64,000 bases of DNA from Spirochaetaceae bacterium (GTDB taxonomy: Bacteria; Spirochaetota; Spirochaetia; Treponematales; Rectinemataceae), in assembly GCA_025358255.1 (NCBI GenBank), contig JANYKC010000086.1, forward strand, positions 24,698 to 88,697, given 5' to 3'. The position numbers and the translations under genes were made by a program. The notes beneath the pieces are model-generated. The model was given only the letters and a program-made list of their open reading frames with translations. It was not told the origin of the DNA and did not search any database. Positions 43,851 through 53,739 of the stretch are shown here, piece after piece. Every line of letters begins with the position of its first letter. The first letter of the stretch is position 1.

Positions 43851-44744
43851 ATGGAACCGACTTTTGACATTCCATCCGCATTGATCGACAACGGGGCCGA
43901 ATTCGTCGCACCCTTGTTCCAAGGACTCAGCCTGTCCGCGGCGAGACATCCCTTGGCCATCGATGGAAAAGCCAGGGACTACCTCTTCCCGACCCTGTAT
44001 GCCGACGTGCGCTGTGCGGTAGGGATTTTCCATTGCTCCTTCGCGCGGGCCAAGGACTTCCTGCGTGAAAGGCTCGGGGAAGATGCCCAGCCGCCCAGGA
44101 TGCTCGGTGGCAGGAGCATCGTGGCCATCTCCTGCTATGAATACCGCAAGGTCCGCGGCGTCCGCCCCTACAACGAGATCGCCATCGCCATACCGGTGCG
44201 GATGGACGGGAAAAAGGGGATCCCTGTCCTCGGCGCCTTTTCCGCATCTCCTGATTCGGGCTATCACATCGCCTCGATGCCGGTTACCTCGGAGGAGAAC
44301 CGACTTCGCGGCCATCACTTCTGGAACCTTCCCAAGATCACGCGCCGCATCGACATCCTGGAAGGTCAGGGAAAATGCCGCTTCGAGAGCTTTGACGAGG
44401 ACGGCACGACCCTCGATATCGCCCTTGATGTGGCCACCTCCGGCAAGCCCAGGCAATTCTCCGTCCGGTCCTTCCTGGCCACGAAAAAGGACGGGGTGGC
44501 TCAGAGGAACCCCACGGCCTTTGAAGGCGAGTTCCAGGTGATGGTCAATGTGGGCACCCTCTGGGGTGCAAGGAGGGGAAGCCCGGCCCTTGGGCTAGGG
44601 AAGGGTGAGGCGTCCGGCCTCCTCAGGCGGATCGGCGCCGAAACGGTCCCCCTGCAGACCCGCTATGCGTCAAGCATGAACTCATGGTTTGACCTTCCGG
44701 CACGGGATCACCTGGGATACGACGAAAAGGGAGGCAAGGCATGA
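43851..44744 (+). CDS. acetoacetate decarboxylase (ADC) family protein
   Basis: Length and overall pattern resemble ADC-fold proteins (YNEIAIAIPV...). Assignment is by recollection only. Confidence 0.5.
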   Translation: MEPTFDIPSALIDNGAEFVAPLFQGLSLSAARHPLAIDGKARDYLFPTLYADVRCAVGIFHCSFARAKDFLRERLGEDAQPPRMLGGRSIVAISCYEYRKVRGVRPYNEIAIAIPVRMDGKKGIPVLGAFSASPDSGYHIASMPVTSEENRLRGHHFWNLPKITRRIDILEGQGKCRFESFDEDGTTLDIALDVATSGKPRQFSVRSFLATKKDGVAQRNPTAFEGEFQVMVNVGTLWGARRGSPALGLGKGEASGLLRRIGAETVPLQTRYASSMNSWFDLPARDHLGYDEKGGKA

Positions 44745-45778
44745 AGGTGGGCAAGCTGGTTTTCGTGGGAGCGGGAGCCATCGGCGGCAGCGTCGCGGCA
44801 TGGATCGCCGAGAGCCGCCCGGAGATCTATTGCTACGACAGGCCCGAGGTCCTGGACACCATCGAGGCGAAGGGCATTTCCCACTATGACGGCGCCGCGG
44901 GAAACGAATCCGCGAGAACCGTCCACGTCGGCGTCCTGCGCGGCCTCGAATCGCTTGCCGCCGAAGATGTGCTTGTTTTCGGCGTCAAGAATTTCAGCCT
45001 TGACGCGGTGGCAAGCGAAGCAAGCCGGCAATCGGGGGGAAGGCCCTTTGCCCTCTCCATGGCCAATGGCGTCGAGAACCAGGAGATCCTGCCCAGGCAT
45101 TTCCGCCGCTGTGCCTATGCCGTCGTCGGCTATAATGCCTGGCTCGACGGACCTGGCCTCATCGGATGGCAGAACCGCGGCCCCCTCGTCCTCGGTTCCC
45201 CTGACAAGGGCGTGAAGGACGAGCTTGCGGCGATCGCGGCGGAGTTCGCCAAGGGAGTCGAGGTAGTCGTCACCGACCGCCTCCAGGACGCCGCCCGCTC
45301 CAAACTGGTGGTCAACCTCATCAACACCATCACGACCCTTGTTGGCCAGGGCTACCGCCCCATCACCGACATCGCCTCGATGCAAAAGCTGGTCTCCAGG
45401 ACGCTCTACGAAGGCGTGCGCGTCGTCGAGGCCGCGGGCTGCCGTGAGTTCCACGTGGGCAACATGCCCGGCTTCTCGAAGATCCGCGCCTCCGCCACCC
45501 TCCCGGCCTTCCTGACCCGCGGGATGTTCAAACAGAGCCTGGCCAAGATGGTCCGCTCGAGCATGAGCCAGGATGTCCTCCTGCGCGGCGGCACGGCCAC
45601 GGAGCTCGAGTCCCTCACCGGCTACATCGTGCGGCTCGCGAAGGAAAAGGGAATCCCCGCGCCATGGAACGAAGGCCTCTACCGGATCGCGAAAGAGGCC
45701 TTTGCGAAACCCGGCTTCACTCCCTACGAACCGGCCGCCGTCGTGGAGGCAATCCTCAACGGCAGCATGCCCGGATAG
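44741..45778 (+). CDS. ketopantoate reductase (ApbA/PanE) family oxidoreductase
   Basis: N-terminal Rossmann VFVGAGAIGGSVAAWIA and family-typical C-terminal helical domain. ATGA overlap with the upstream gene. Confidence 0.75.
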   Translation: MKVGKLVFVGAGAIGGSVAAWIAESRPEIYCYDRPEVLDTIEAKGISHYDGAAGNESARTVHVGVLRGLESLAAEDVLVFGVKNFSLDAVASEASRQSGGRPFALSMANGVENQEILPRHFRRCAYAVVGYNAWLDGPGLIGWQNRGPLVLGSPDKGVKDELAAIAAEFAKGVEVVVTDRLQDAARSKLVVNLINTITTLVGQGYRPITDIASMQKLVSRTLYEGVRVVEAAGCREFHVGNMPGFSKIRASATLPAFLTRGMFKQSLAKMVRSSMSQDVLLRGGTATELESLTGYIVRLAKEKGIPAPWNEGLYRIAKEAFAKPGFTPYEPAAVVEAILNGSMPG

Positions 45779-45829
45779 GTGGCGAAAGAGCCCCATTTCC
45801 CCTCCGGCCTCGAGCGACCGTCCCTTGCG

Positions 45830-46390
45830 CTATGCCTCGCAATCGAAGAATCGCTTGAGCAGGTCCTCGAGCATCGCCTGGGCTTCCTTGTCCGAATCGA
45901 TGCGTCCTTCGACAGTGGGCCAGGAGCATAGGTCGAGGGCGGCTCCGACGATGAGTTCCGAATAGCTGTCGAGGTCGCCGACCTCATGGCGTGGATCGCG
46001 GCGGAAATAGGCCCGTGTCATGGGCCCGAACAACGCGCGGGCCGCGGCCACAAACCGGTAGTCCGAGCGCCCGCGCCATGCTGTCCTCAGCTCGGAGAGC
46101 AGGAGGGGATGGGCCGCGAAAAAAGCCAGGATGCGCCCGGCAATGTCGTGGATCCTGGGCTTTCCGCCGTCCCCGGCCATGACACGGGCGAGCTCGGCCG
46201 TTTCAGGCAGGAAGAGGGCATCGACCAGGGCCTCTTTGGATTCGAAGTAGCGATAGAAGGTGCCCTTGGCGATGCCGGTCCCCGAGGCGAGGTCGGAGAT
46301 CGAGGTAGCCGCCACGCCCTTGGCCGCGAAGAGGGAACGGGCCGCGGCCAGGACGGCTTCCGCCGAGGTCTTGCGTGGCGCGCCGCGCAT
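45830..46390 (-). CDS. TetR/AcrR family transcriptional regulator
   Basis: N-terminal HTH (LFAAKGVAATSISDLASGTGIAKGTFYRYFESKEAL). Confidence 0.88.
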   Translation of the reverse strand: MRGAPRKTSAEAVLAAARSLFAAKGVAATSISDLASGTGIAKGTFYRYFESKEALVDALFLPETAELARVMAGDGGKPRIHDIAGRILAFFAAHPLLLSELRTAWRGRSDYRFVAAARALFGPMTRAYFRRDPRHEVGDLDSYSELIVGAALDLCSWPTVEGRIDSDKEAQAMLEDLLKRFFDCEA

Positions 46391-46393
46391 GGC

Positions 46394-47183
46394 TTAGCTG
46401 GCGCCCCGGGCTGCCGCGACGCCACGCTCGAAAAGGTCGATGCCCAGGACGGGTTCGGAGCCGCGGCGGCGCATGGGGCCGTTCTCGCGGATGAGGAAGG
46501 CTTCGGGATGGGGCATCAGGCCAAAAACGCGGCCGGTGGGATCGCATATTCCGGCGATATCGGCGACCGAGCCATTCGGGTTTCCTTGTCCGGTGGGCGA
46601 TGCCTTCAGGCCGTAGCGCAGGGCCACCAATCCCTCGGCCTCGAGGGCCGCCAGGACCGTCGCAGCCCGCACGACAAAACGCCCTTCACCATGGCGGATC
46701 GGAAGGCTTCGTGACGGAAGCCCGCCCGAGGTCCAGACGCAGCGCGACCTCGCCTCGAACCGCACATCGACCCAATCGTCGAGGAAGCTCCCTGAGACAT
46801 TGTGCACGAGGCTCACGTCACGCAACCAGCTGGCGCCATTTTCACTCCGGCGGTTCGGCAGCATGCCCATCTTCACCAAGGCCTGGAATCCGTTGCATAC
46901 CCCAAGGCAGACCCCCCCCCCGGGCTATGAAAGCGTCAAGGGCGGGCTTGAGGCTGCGCCGGAAAAGCAGGGCGAGGACTTGGCCGGAACCGAGGTGGTC
47001 GCCCCAGGAAAAGCCGCCAGGCAAGCCAAGGATACCGAAGCCTTCGAGGCGTTGCGGATTGGCCACGAGATCGTTGACATGAAGGCGTTCGCATTCCGCA
47101 CCCGCGATGCGGAAGGCTTCGGCCAGCTCGGCATCCGCGTTGATGCCGTTCCCGCCGATTATCAGGGCCTTGGGTTTGGGCAT
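46394..47183 (-). pseudogene. purQ: phosphoribosylformylglycinamidine synthase glutaminase subunit PurQ, split by a +1 frameshift in a G10 homopolymer (C10 on the plus strand)
   Basis: The N-terminal 113-aa ORF (ALIIGGNGINAD...LPGGFSWGD) and the C-terminal ORF are in different frames. Removing one C from 46912-46921 reads ...[24 protein letters not shown]..., restoring the catalytic Cys motif. HPE is present near the C-terminus. Confidence 0.8.
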
Positions 47184-50100
47184 CAGGTCCTCCCACGGGG
47201 AAGGATGGGCGTCTTCCAGGCCGCTTCGATGTGCGGAAGGTCCGCGTCGAGGAGGGTCTGGCCTCCAAGGCTTGCGCGCAGGCGCGCATCGGCGGTGCTG
47301 CGACCGAGGAGGAGGACCATGGAGCCTGCCATCGTGCCCTCAAAGCGCTCCCGGTCTTCGGGCCGGATCGAAACGAGGAGGCGACCGGGGGCTTCGGAAA
47401 ACAGAAGCCGGGCAGCAAGATCGGCGGCAGCCAGGGCATGTTTTCCCAAGGCGGCGCCAAGCCGTGCGGCCGGTCCATCCAGCCGAATTTCCGCTCCAAG
47501 ACGGCCACCAAGGCAGGACTCCGCCAGGGCGACCGCCAGCCCGCCGTCCGACAGGTCGTGGATGGAGCGGAGCATCCTCCCCGAAATGGCCCGGGCCAGG
47601 AGGCGATATTGGGCAGCCAGGCGCCGCGGCTCGCAGGGAACGACTTCATCGATGAACGGCAGGTCAGGGGAAGGATCTCCCGGCAAGGAGCCCGGATTGA
47701 ACCCTCGGCTGGGGTCAAGGACCCGCTCGAAGATCGAGGCGCCGAGTCCCGCCCTGCCCTCGCTTCCCACAAGATAGACGAGGTCACCGGCGGACATGAA
47801 ATCGGTGGACGGGCATTTCCGCACATCGGCCACCGGGCCCACGACGGTCACGAGGAGGGTGGGCTTGACGGAAATGCGCTTGCCCCCCACGGCCGAATCA
47901 TTCTTCATCGAGTCCTTTCCCGAAACGAGGGGAAGGCCATAGGCGAGGCAGGCCTCCTTGAGCGCGGCGCAGGCGCGCACTAGTCCGGCGAGCTTGCGCT
48001 CGCCGCCCGGGTTGGAGGCTCCGGCCACGGGGTCTGGCCAGCAGAAATTGTCGAGGGCCACGGCCGCGTCGGGCTCTCCGCCCAAGGCGATATAGGCGCG
48101 GTACGCCTCATCCACCGCCGCGCTCGCCATGAGGCCTGGATCGCAGGCGGATACGCGCACGGCGATTCCATGCCCTATCGCCAGGCCTCGCCAGGAATCA
48201 AAGCGCGGCTTGACGACACAGCCATCGCTTGGGGCGTCGCGTTCGACGCCGGTAAAGGGCTTCTCGATGGAGATTGCCTTCACCTCGTGGTCGTACTGCC
48301 GAACCAGCGCCTCCTTGCTCGCGACATCCGGGTCGGCAAGGACCTTGAGGAAGAGGGGGCCAAGGTCGGCGATCCCGACAGGGGGCAGGGCGGTCACGGT
48401 GGCGGGATTCCAGATCGCGGCCAGGTCCATGACCGGCAGGCCATCATGAAGGAAATCCAATGGAAGAAGGCCGACGGGCTTCCCGCCGGAGCTTATCTCG
48501 ACCGATCCGGAAGCGGTGAAGGCGCCTACGACTGCCGCTTCGACACCTCTGCGCTGGGCCAGGTCCAGGAGGCCAGGCAGGCTTTCCGGCAGGACGGCGA
48601 GGCTCATGCGCTCCTGGCTCTCCGAGACTAGGACTTCCCAAGGCGAGAGGCCTGGGTATTTCCTCGGGCAGGCATCGAGGTCGATCCTGATGCCCCCGCA
48701 GGCCGTCGCCATCTCGCCCAGGCTCGAGGACAGGCCCCCGGCGCCATTGTCGGTTATCCCTTGGTAAAGGCCGGCGTCCCGGGCCTCGAGGAGGAAATCG
48801 CTCATCTTCCTCTGGATGATGGGATCGCCGATCTGCACGGCGGAGACAGGGCTGCCTTCATCCAGGGCGAGGCTCGAGAAGGTGGCGCCATGGATGCCAT
48901 CCTTGCCCACCCGGCCACCGACCATGACAGCGAGCATCCCTGCCTCGATCCGCTTTTCCCAGGAAGGCCTGCCACGGACCACGAGCGGCATGATGCCTCC
49001 GGTCCCGCAGAAGACGAGGGGCTTGCCGAGGAAGGACGGGTCGAAGACAAAGGCCCCGCCGGCGTTCGGGATGCCCGACTGGTTGCCGCCGTCCACGATG
49101 CCGCGATGCACGCCCTCAAGGAGGTCCCTCGGCTTCTTGAGCCCCGCGGGGACCGAAGCGTCGGGCGTCGCGGGGTGGGCAAAACAGAGGACGTCGGTAT
49201 TGAAGAGGGGCGCCGCGCCGATTCCCGTCCCGAGGATGTCGCGGTTCACGCCGACAATGCCGGTTATCGCCCCGCCGTAGGGATCGAGGGCGGAGGGCGA
49301 GTTGTGCGTCTCGGCCTTGACGCAGATCGCATAGTCGTCGTCGAACTTGAAGACTCCCGCATTGTCGGTGAAGACGGAGAGGAGATCGGGGCGCGACGGC
49401 GCAAGCGCCGTGGTGGTCGACTTGATGTAGGTCTTGAACAGCGAGGCGATGCGAAGGCGCTTCCCCTTCCCGTTGCCGAGGGCTTCCACATATTCGATGT
49501 CCGCATTGAAGATCTTGTGCTTGCAGTGCTCGCTCCAGGTCTGTGCGAGCATCTCGAGTTCGACATCCGTGGCCTCACGCGGGAGGCCGGCGGCCGCGCG
49601 GGAGGCCACCGTCCCCGGCAGCGCGAAGAACGCGGAGATCGCGCGCATTTCAGGAAGCGAAAGCGCGAGGAGCCGGCGCGTCGACAGGGCCTCGAGCGCC
49701 ATGTCGTCCAGGGACGCGATGTCGATGAGCGCGGGCTCGGCGGGATCCTCGAGGCTTACCGAAGGATAGAGGTCGGGAAGCCGATCCCCCCGGGTCCAGT
49801 CGGCGCGGGAGACGAAGAGACAGGATTGGATGAGGGGATTCCAGAGGGGGGCGAAGGCGGCCTGGACACCGTCCCGATCCATTGTCCTGCCTCCCGTTCC
49901 GAGGAGGAAAAGACGGGAAGTCTGGACCGTTCCCGCAACGACTCCCGCGATTGCGAGGGCTTCGCGGATGGTGATGGCAAGGGTGTCCGTCACGCCTGGG
50001 CGGAAGGAGGTCTCGACAAGCCAGTCCCATCCGCCCAGTTCCTCAGGCGCAGGGGAGGAGGCGAGCACCTGCACAACGGGGTCGACGAAGAGCTCATGCA

Positions 50101-50248
50101 CGAGGTCCCGTGGGATCGAAAAATCCGCAAGGACCACGTCGACCATCCGAAGGTCGGATGGCGCGGGGATGAAGGATCCTAGACGCGCGACGATGCCGTT
50201 GGCCCGGCCATCCAGCGCGGAATCCGCAAACCAGGTCTCGATCCGCAT
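47183..50248 (-). CDS. purL: phosphoribosylformylglycinamidine synthase, lgPurL-type N-terminal and synthetase domains without the glutaminase domain
   Basis: WSEHCKHKIFNA motif (large-PurL type) and duplicated AIR-synthase-like domains. 1021 aa. The stop overlaps the purQ ATG (TGATG). Confidence 0.9.
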   Translation of the reverse strand: MRIETWFADSALDGRANGIVARLGSFIPAPSDLRMVDVVLADFSIPRDLVHELFVDPVVQVLASSPAPEELGGWDWLVETSFRPGVTDTLAITIREALAIAGVVAGTVQTSRLFLLGTGGRTMDRDGVQAAFAPLWNPLIQSCLFVSRADWTRGDRLPDLYPSVSLEDPAEPALIDIASLDDMALEALSTRRLLALSLPEMRAISAFFALPGTVASRAAAGLPREATDVELEMLAQTWSEHCKHKIFNADIEYVEALGNGKGKRLRIASLFKTYIKSTTTALAPSRPDLLSVFTDNAGVFKFDDDYAICVKAETHNSPSALDPYGGAITGIVGVNRDILGTGIGAAPLFNTDVLCFAHPATPDASVPAGLKKPRDLLEGVHRGIVDGGNQSGIPNAGGAFVFDPSFLGKPLVFCGTGGIMPLVVRGRPSWEKRIEAGMLAVMVGGRVGKDGIHGATFSSLALDEGSPVSAVQIGDPIIQRKMSDFLLEARDAGLYQGITDNGAGGLSSSLGEMATACGGIRIDLDACPRKYPGLSPWEVLVSESQERMSLAVLPESLPGLLDLAQRRGVEAAVVGAFTASGSVEISSGGKPVGLLPLDFLHDGLPVMDLAAIWNPATVTALPPVGIADLGPLFLKVLADPDVASKEALVRQYDHEVKAISIEKPFTGVERDAPSDGCVVKPRFDSWRGLAIGHGIAVRVSACDPGLMASAAVDEAYRAYIALGGEPDAAVALDNFCWPDPVAGASNPGGERKLAGLVRACAALKEACLAYGLPLVSGKDSMKNDSAVGGKRISVKPTLLVTVVGPVADVRKCPSTDFMSAGDLVYLVGSEGRAGLGASIFERVLDPSRGFNPGSLPGDPSPDLPFIDEVVPCEPRRLAAQYRLLARAISGRMLRSIHDLSDGGLAVALAESCLGGRLGAEIRLDGPAARLGAALGKHALAAADLAARLLFSEAPGRLLVSIRPEDRERFEGTMAGSMVLLLGRSTADARLRASLGGQTLLDADLPHIEAAWKTPILPRGRT

Positions 50249-50305
50249 GGCGCACTCTACAGAAAGGCAGGCCGACCGTCAAGCATGGTTTGGCCTTGGC
50301 GGCCC

Positions 50306-52126
50306 TCAGTAGTAGAGCTCGATCTTCTCGGCTCCCTGCTTGTGCTTCATCTTGAGATAGAGGGCATTGGTGGCCTTGCGGTAGAGGTAGCCCGATACGT
50401 CATAGCTTTCGAAAGCCGAATCGGGGCTGTAGTTGATCCCGTAGAGCTTGATCGTCGAGAAGGGCTTGAGCCCGTAGATCGCCATGTAATGCGCGTAGCT
50501 CGTAGGGAAGTTGACCGTGATGACGGCGGAGGAAAAGGAGGAGGTCGCGGAAAGCGCCGGAACGCAGGTAAATGCCCATACCCCCGGACCAAGCTCCCGG
50601 TACAGGGAGATCTCGCGCGGATAGTAGGCGGTGGAAGCCACGAGGGTGTAGCAGTCCTCCGGCGCCAGGCTGCCCGATTTTTCGGTCGAGCCGTCAGGCT
50701 TCGGTGCGAGGCGGGCGGGCAGGAAACCGGAGGGATCGGCGAGGGCGAGGGCGCTGACGACGAGGCTCTGGCCGACGCCGACAAGGACGTCCTTGCCGGA
50801 TGCGCTTCCCCAGGCGATAAGGCCCTGGCCGGCGGCGAGGCTCAGCCTGAGGTCCACGGACCCATCGTCATCGGTCTTGAGGAACCAGCCATCCTGGGTC
50901 TTCACAAGGGCCCCGATGAGGCGGTCCGAGACGGCATCCACCGACTTGAAGGGATTGTCGGCGTCCTGGAGATAGCTCCTGGCCTCGATGCTCGCGGCGA
51001 TGTAGCCCGTGGCGCCCCGGATGGTGAGCTTGGTGGCGTCGAAGCCACCGATGGCCTGGAGCGCGGACTGGGCGAGGGACCAGGGGCTGCGGTCGAGGAG
51101 GAAACTGACCAAGCCCTCTTTTTCCAGAAGTGACGAATCCCCGGCCTGGGAGAGCGCGACGAGGCGCTTGACCTCGGCGAGATCCTGCGATTCCCGCACG
51201 GCCATCCTGTCGACGGTGTCGCCGAAATACGGGGTCGTGAGCCAAGAGAGCGACGAGGCGTTCCGTGCGGCCACCGACCTGGCCCGGGCATAGCCTTCAG
51301 CCCAGCCGCCACGAATGGCGGCTTCCGCGAGATAGGCCGCCAGGGCGCGTTCGCTGAAAAGCGCCAGGCCTGACTGGTTCCGCCAGGCAAGTTTCTCCTG
51401 GTCCCAACGGGTCGTGGATAGACCGGCCCAGGTCTTGGCGACAAAGGCTTCGAGGTCCGCCTTGAAGACCGCGGCGTCCATGGGCGCTTGCGGAAGGACC
51501 TTGGCCGGCGCCGGCTGCTTGACGGCGACGACGGCCGCCGGCGGCTGGAGCTTGCGGAGCGCCAGACGGCTGGCGCTGCCATCCGCGAAGGAAAGGATAA
51601 GCGCGGCATCCTCGCTCTCGAGGCTCGCCCCATCCAGGACGAGTTCGTAGGGAATCCCGCCAGCCTGGAAAAGCCGCTTGCTGTCAAAAACCGAGCGGCC
51701 ACCAAGGCTATAGTCGATCCGGATATTCGTCGCTTCGGCGCGGGGTCGTGTCGCGGAGAGCTTGAATGAGGTGGAAGCCGCGTCAGCCACGGCACGGATC
51801 TCACCGCCGCCCTCAAACAGGATCCGGGCTCCACCGGGGATTTTTTCCACGGCACGGACGGCGATCGGCGCGGCGCTGCCGTCGGCCAGGCCGATCCTCG
51901 CGGGACTGGAGCGCGACAGGCTCATGACAAGCCCCGCAAAATCGATCTTCACCGAGGTCGGCGGCCCTTTCCGGTCGCTTGTGGAATAGCTGGCGGATAC
52001 GGTGAGGCGGCCGGATTTGGCGAGAAAACCTCCGGAACGCCCGAATTGCAGGAGGATGAGGAGGAAGAAAACGACGATATACATTAGGACGAGGCCGAGG
52101 CCACGTCTGAGGACGGAAGTGTTCAT
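50306..52126 (-). CDS. hypothetical membrane-anchored protein
   Basis: ATG at 52126 gives MNTSVLRRGLGLVLMYIVVFFLLILLQF (N-terminal TM helix). No family recognised. Confidence 0.6.
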   Translation of the reverse strand: MNTSVLRRGLGLVLMYIVVFFLLILLQFGRSGGFLAKSGRLTVSASYSTSDRKGPPTSVKIDFAGLVMSLSRSSPARIGLADGSAAPIAVRAVEKIPGGARILFEGGGEIRAVADAASTSFKLSATRPRAEATNIRIDYSLGGRSVFDSKRLFQAGGIPYELVLDGASLESEDAALILSFADGSASRLALRKLQPPAAVVAVKQPAPAKVLPQAPMDAAVFKADLEAFVAKTWAGLSTTRWDQEKLAWRNQSGLALFSERALAAYLAEAAIRGGWAEGYARARSVAARNASSLSWLTTPYFGDTVDRMAVRESQDLAEVKRLVALSQAGDSSLLEKEGLVSFLLDRSPWSLAQSALQAIGGFDATKLTIRGATGYIAASIEARSYLQDADNPFKSVDAVSDRLIGALVKTQDGWFLKTDDDGSVDLRLSLAAGQGLIAWGSASGKDVLVGVGQSLVVSALALADPSGFLPARLAPKPDGSTEKSGSLAPEDCYTLVASTAYYPREISLYRELGPGVWAFTCVPALSATSSFSSAVITVNFPTSYAHYMAIYGLKPFSTIKLYGINYSPDSAFESYDVSGYLYRKATNALYLKMKHKQGAEKIELYY

Positions 52127-52236
52127 GCGGCTTCGGAATATAGCCCTTTTCGACAAGCAATGCAAGCTTGTACAATGGCGGACTCCGGGAGTAACATCCC
52201 ATGACGCAGCGCCAGAATTGACGGAGTGAAACAATC

Positions 52237-53739
52237 ATGCACAAGCAGCGCCACGCCTCCCCTCATCTCGGCCAAGCAGGCCTTGCCTGCCTTGTCCTGG
52301 CCTTGGTCCTCTCCTGCGCCGGCGGTCCAAGCCGCGCGGTCGGCGGGGTCAAGCCCACTGAAGGCGGCGTGAAGCCTTTGCCCGAGGCGACCAAGCCAGT
52401 CACGGAGCCTGTGCCTCCCGTTGTCGAGCTGACACCCGAAGCGAAAAAGATAGTTGCCCTTGAAAAGGTCGATAGCCTCCTCGTGGAAGGAAAAGCCGAC
52501 GCGGCGGTCGCCAAGCTCGAGGAACTGGCAGCCCTCCAGTCCGCGAACGCCGATCTCCGCCTGCTCAAGGCGGCGGCCCTCGCCAGTTCCGGCAAGATCG
52601 TCGAAGCCCGCGCCTTGACCGATGATGTGGTAAAGGCCGAGCCTTCCAACCCGAAGGCCCTTGTCATGGCCGCCAACCTCGCCCGCTTCGCCGGCGATGA
52701 AAAAGCCCGACGGTCCTGGCTTGACCGAGCCTTGGCCGCGGCGCCGGCGGACGCCACCATCCTTTCGGCCTGGGGTGAACAGTACCTCGACCTGAAAGAC
52801 TGGAAACGGGCAGAGGATTTTTTCCGCCACTCGGCCGCGGCCGATCCGGGCAATCCCGATGCCGCCCTTGGGCTCGGCCAGAGCCTGTACCGCCAATCGC
52901 GCTACTCCGAGGCCGAGGCTGCCCTGGACAGGGCGATCGCCCTCGATCCGGGTTCAGCCTATGCCTATTCCGACCGGAGCAAGACCCGCCTCAAGGTCGG
53001 CAAGAGCAAGGAGGCCCTCGAGGACATGGACAAGGCCATTGGCTGTTCTCCTGATTCCTCCTGGCTCTATCTCGATCGGGGACGCTTCCTCCTGGAAGCG
53101 GGCAAGGCAGTGGAAGCCCAGTCCGATTTTTCCAAGGCCATCGAGCTTGAACCGGATTATTTCCTGCCCTATGCCTACCGTGCCGGTGTATATGAGGAAC
53201 TCTCGAAAGACGAAGAGGCATTGGCTGATTACCGGAAGATCCTGGTCCTCGAACCTGACTATTGGTACGCCCACGAATCGGTCGGTGCGGTCACCTTCAG
53301 GCTCGGCCTCTGGGCCCAGGCCGCCGAAGGTTTCAAGAAGGCCTATGGATACGCGGCCGACCGCTATGAATATGCCATCCTTGCGGGTCTTTCCCTTCTC
53401 AGGGCAGGCAAGAACGCGGATGCCAAGGCCTGGGCCGGATCCATCGCGCCTACCCTCGACCGCGAAAAAAGCGCCAACTACTGGTTGATGCTGCGCTTGA
53501 TCCAGGACCAGAACGACCAGTCATCCGAGCTCGAGATCAAGATCCAGACCGAGAAAAGCCTGGACACGAAGGCAGCCCTCCTGTTTTACCTTGGGGAATA
53601 CTGGGTGGCTCGTTCCAAGCCCTCCCTTGGCTCGAAGTATTTCCTCCTCTCTTCCGAGATGAAACGGGTCCAGACGCTTGAATACCGCCTCCTTGGCACA
53701 GAACTCAAGCGCTTGGCGCTCCCGGAGAGTCATGGCTGA
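52237..53739 (+). CDS. TPR-repeat lipoprotein
   Basis: Signal peptide with lipobox VLSC. Multiple 34-aa TPR units (for example AEAALDRAIALDPGSAYAYSDRS). Confidence 0.8.
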   Translation: MHKQRHASPHLGQAGLACLVLALVLSCAGGPSRAVGGVKPTEGGVKPLPEATKPVTEPVPPVVELTPEAKKIVALEKVDSLLVEGKADAAVAKLEELAALQSANADLRLLKAAALASSGKIVEARALTDDVVKAEPSNPKALVMAANLARFAGDEKARRSWLDRALAAAPADATILSAWGEQYLDLKDWKRAEDFFRHSAAADPGNPDAALGLGQSLYRQSRYSEAEAALDRAIALDPGSAYAYSDRSKTRLKVGKSKEALEDMDKAIGCSPDSSWLYLDRGRFLLEAGKAVEAQSDFSKAIELEPDYFLPYAYRAGVYEELSKDEEALADYRKILVLEPDYWYAHESVGAVTFRLGLWAQAAEGFKKAYGYAADRYEYAILAGLSLLRAGKNADAKAWAGSIAPTLDREKSANYWLMLRLIQDQNDQSSELEIKIQTEKSLDTKAALLFYLGEYWVARSKPSLGSKYFLLSSEMKRVQTLEYRLLGTELKRLALPESHG

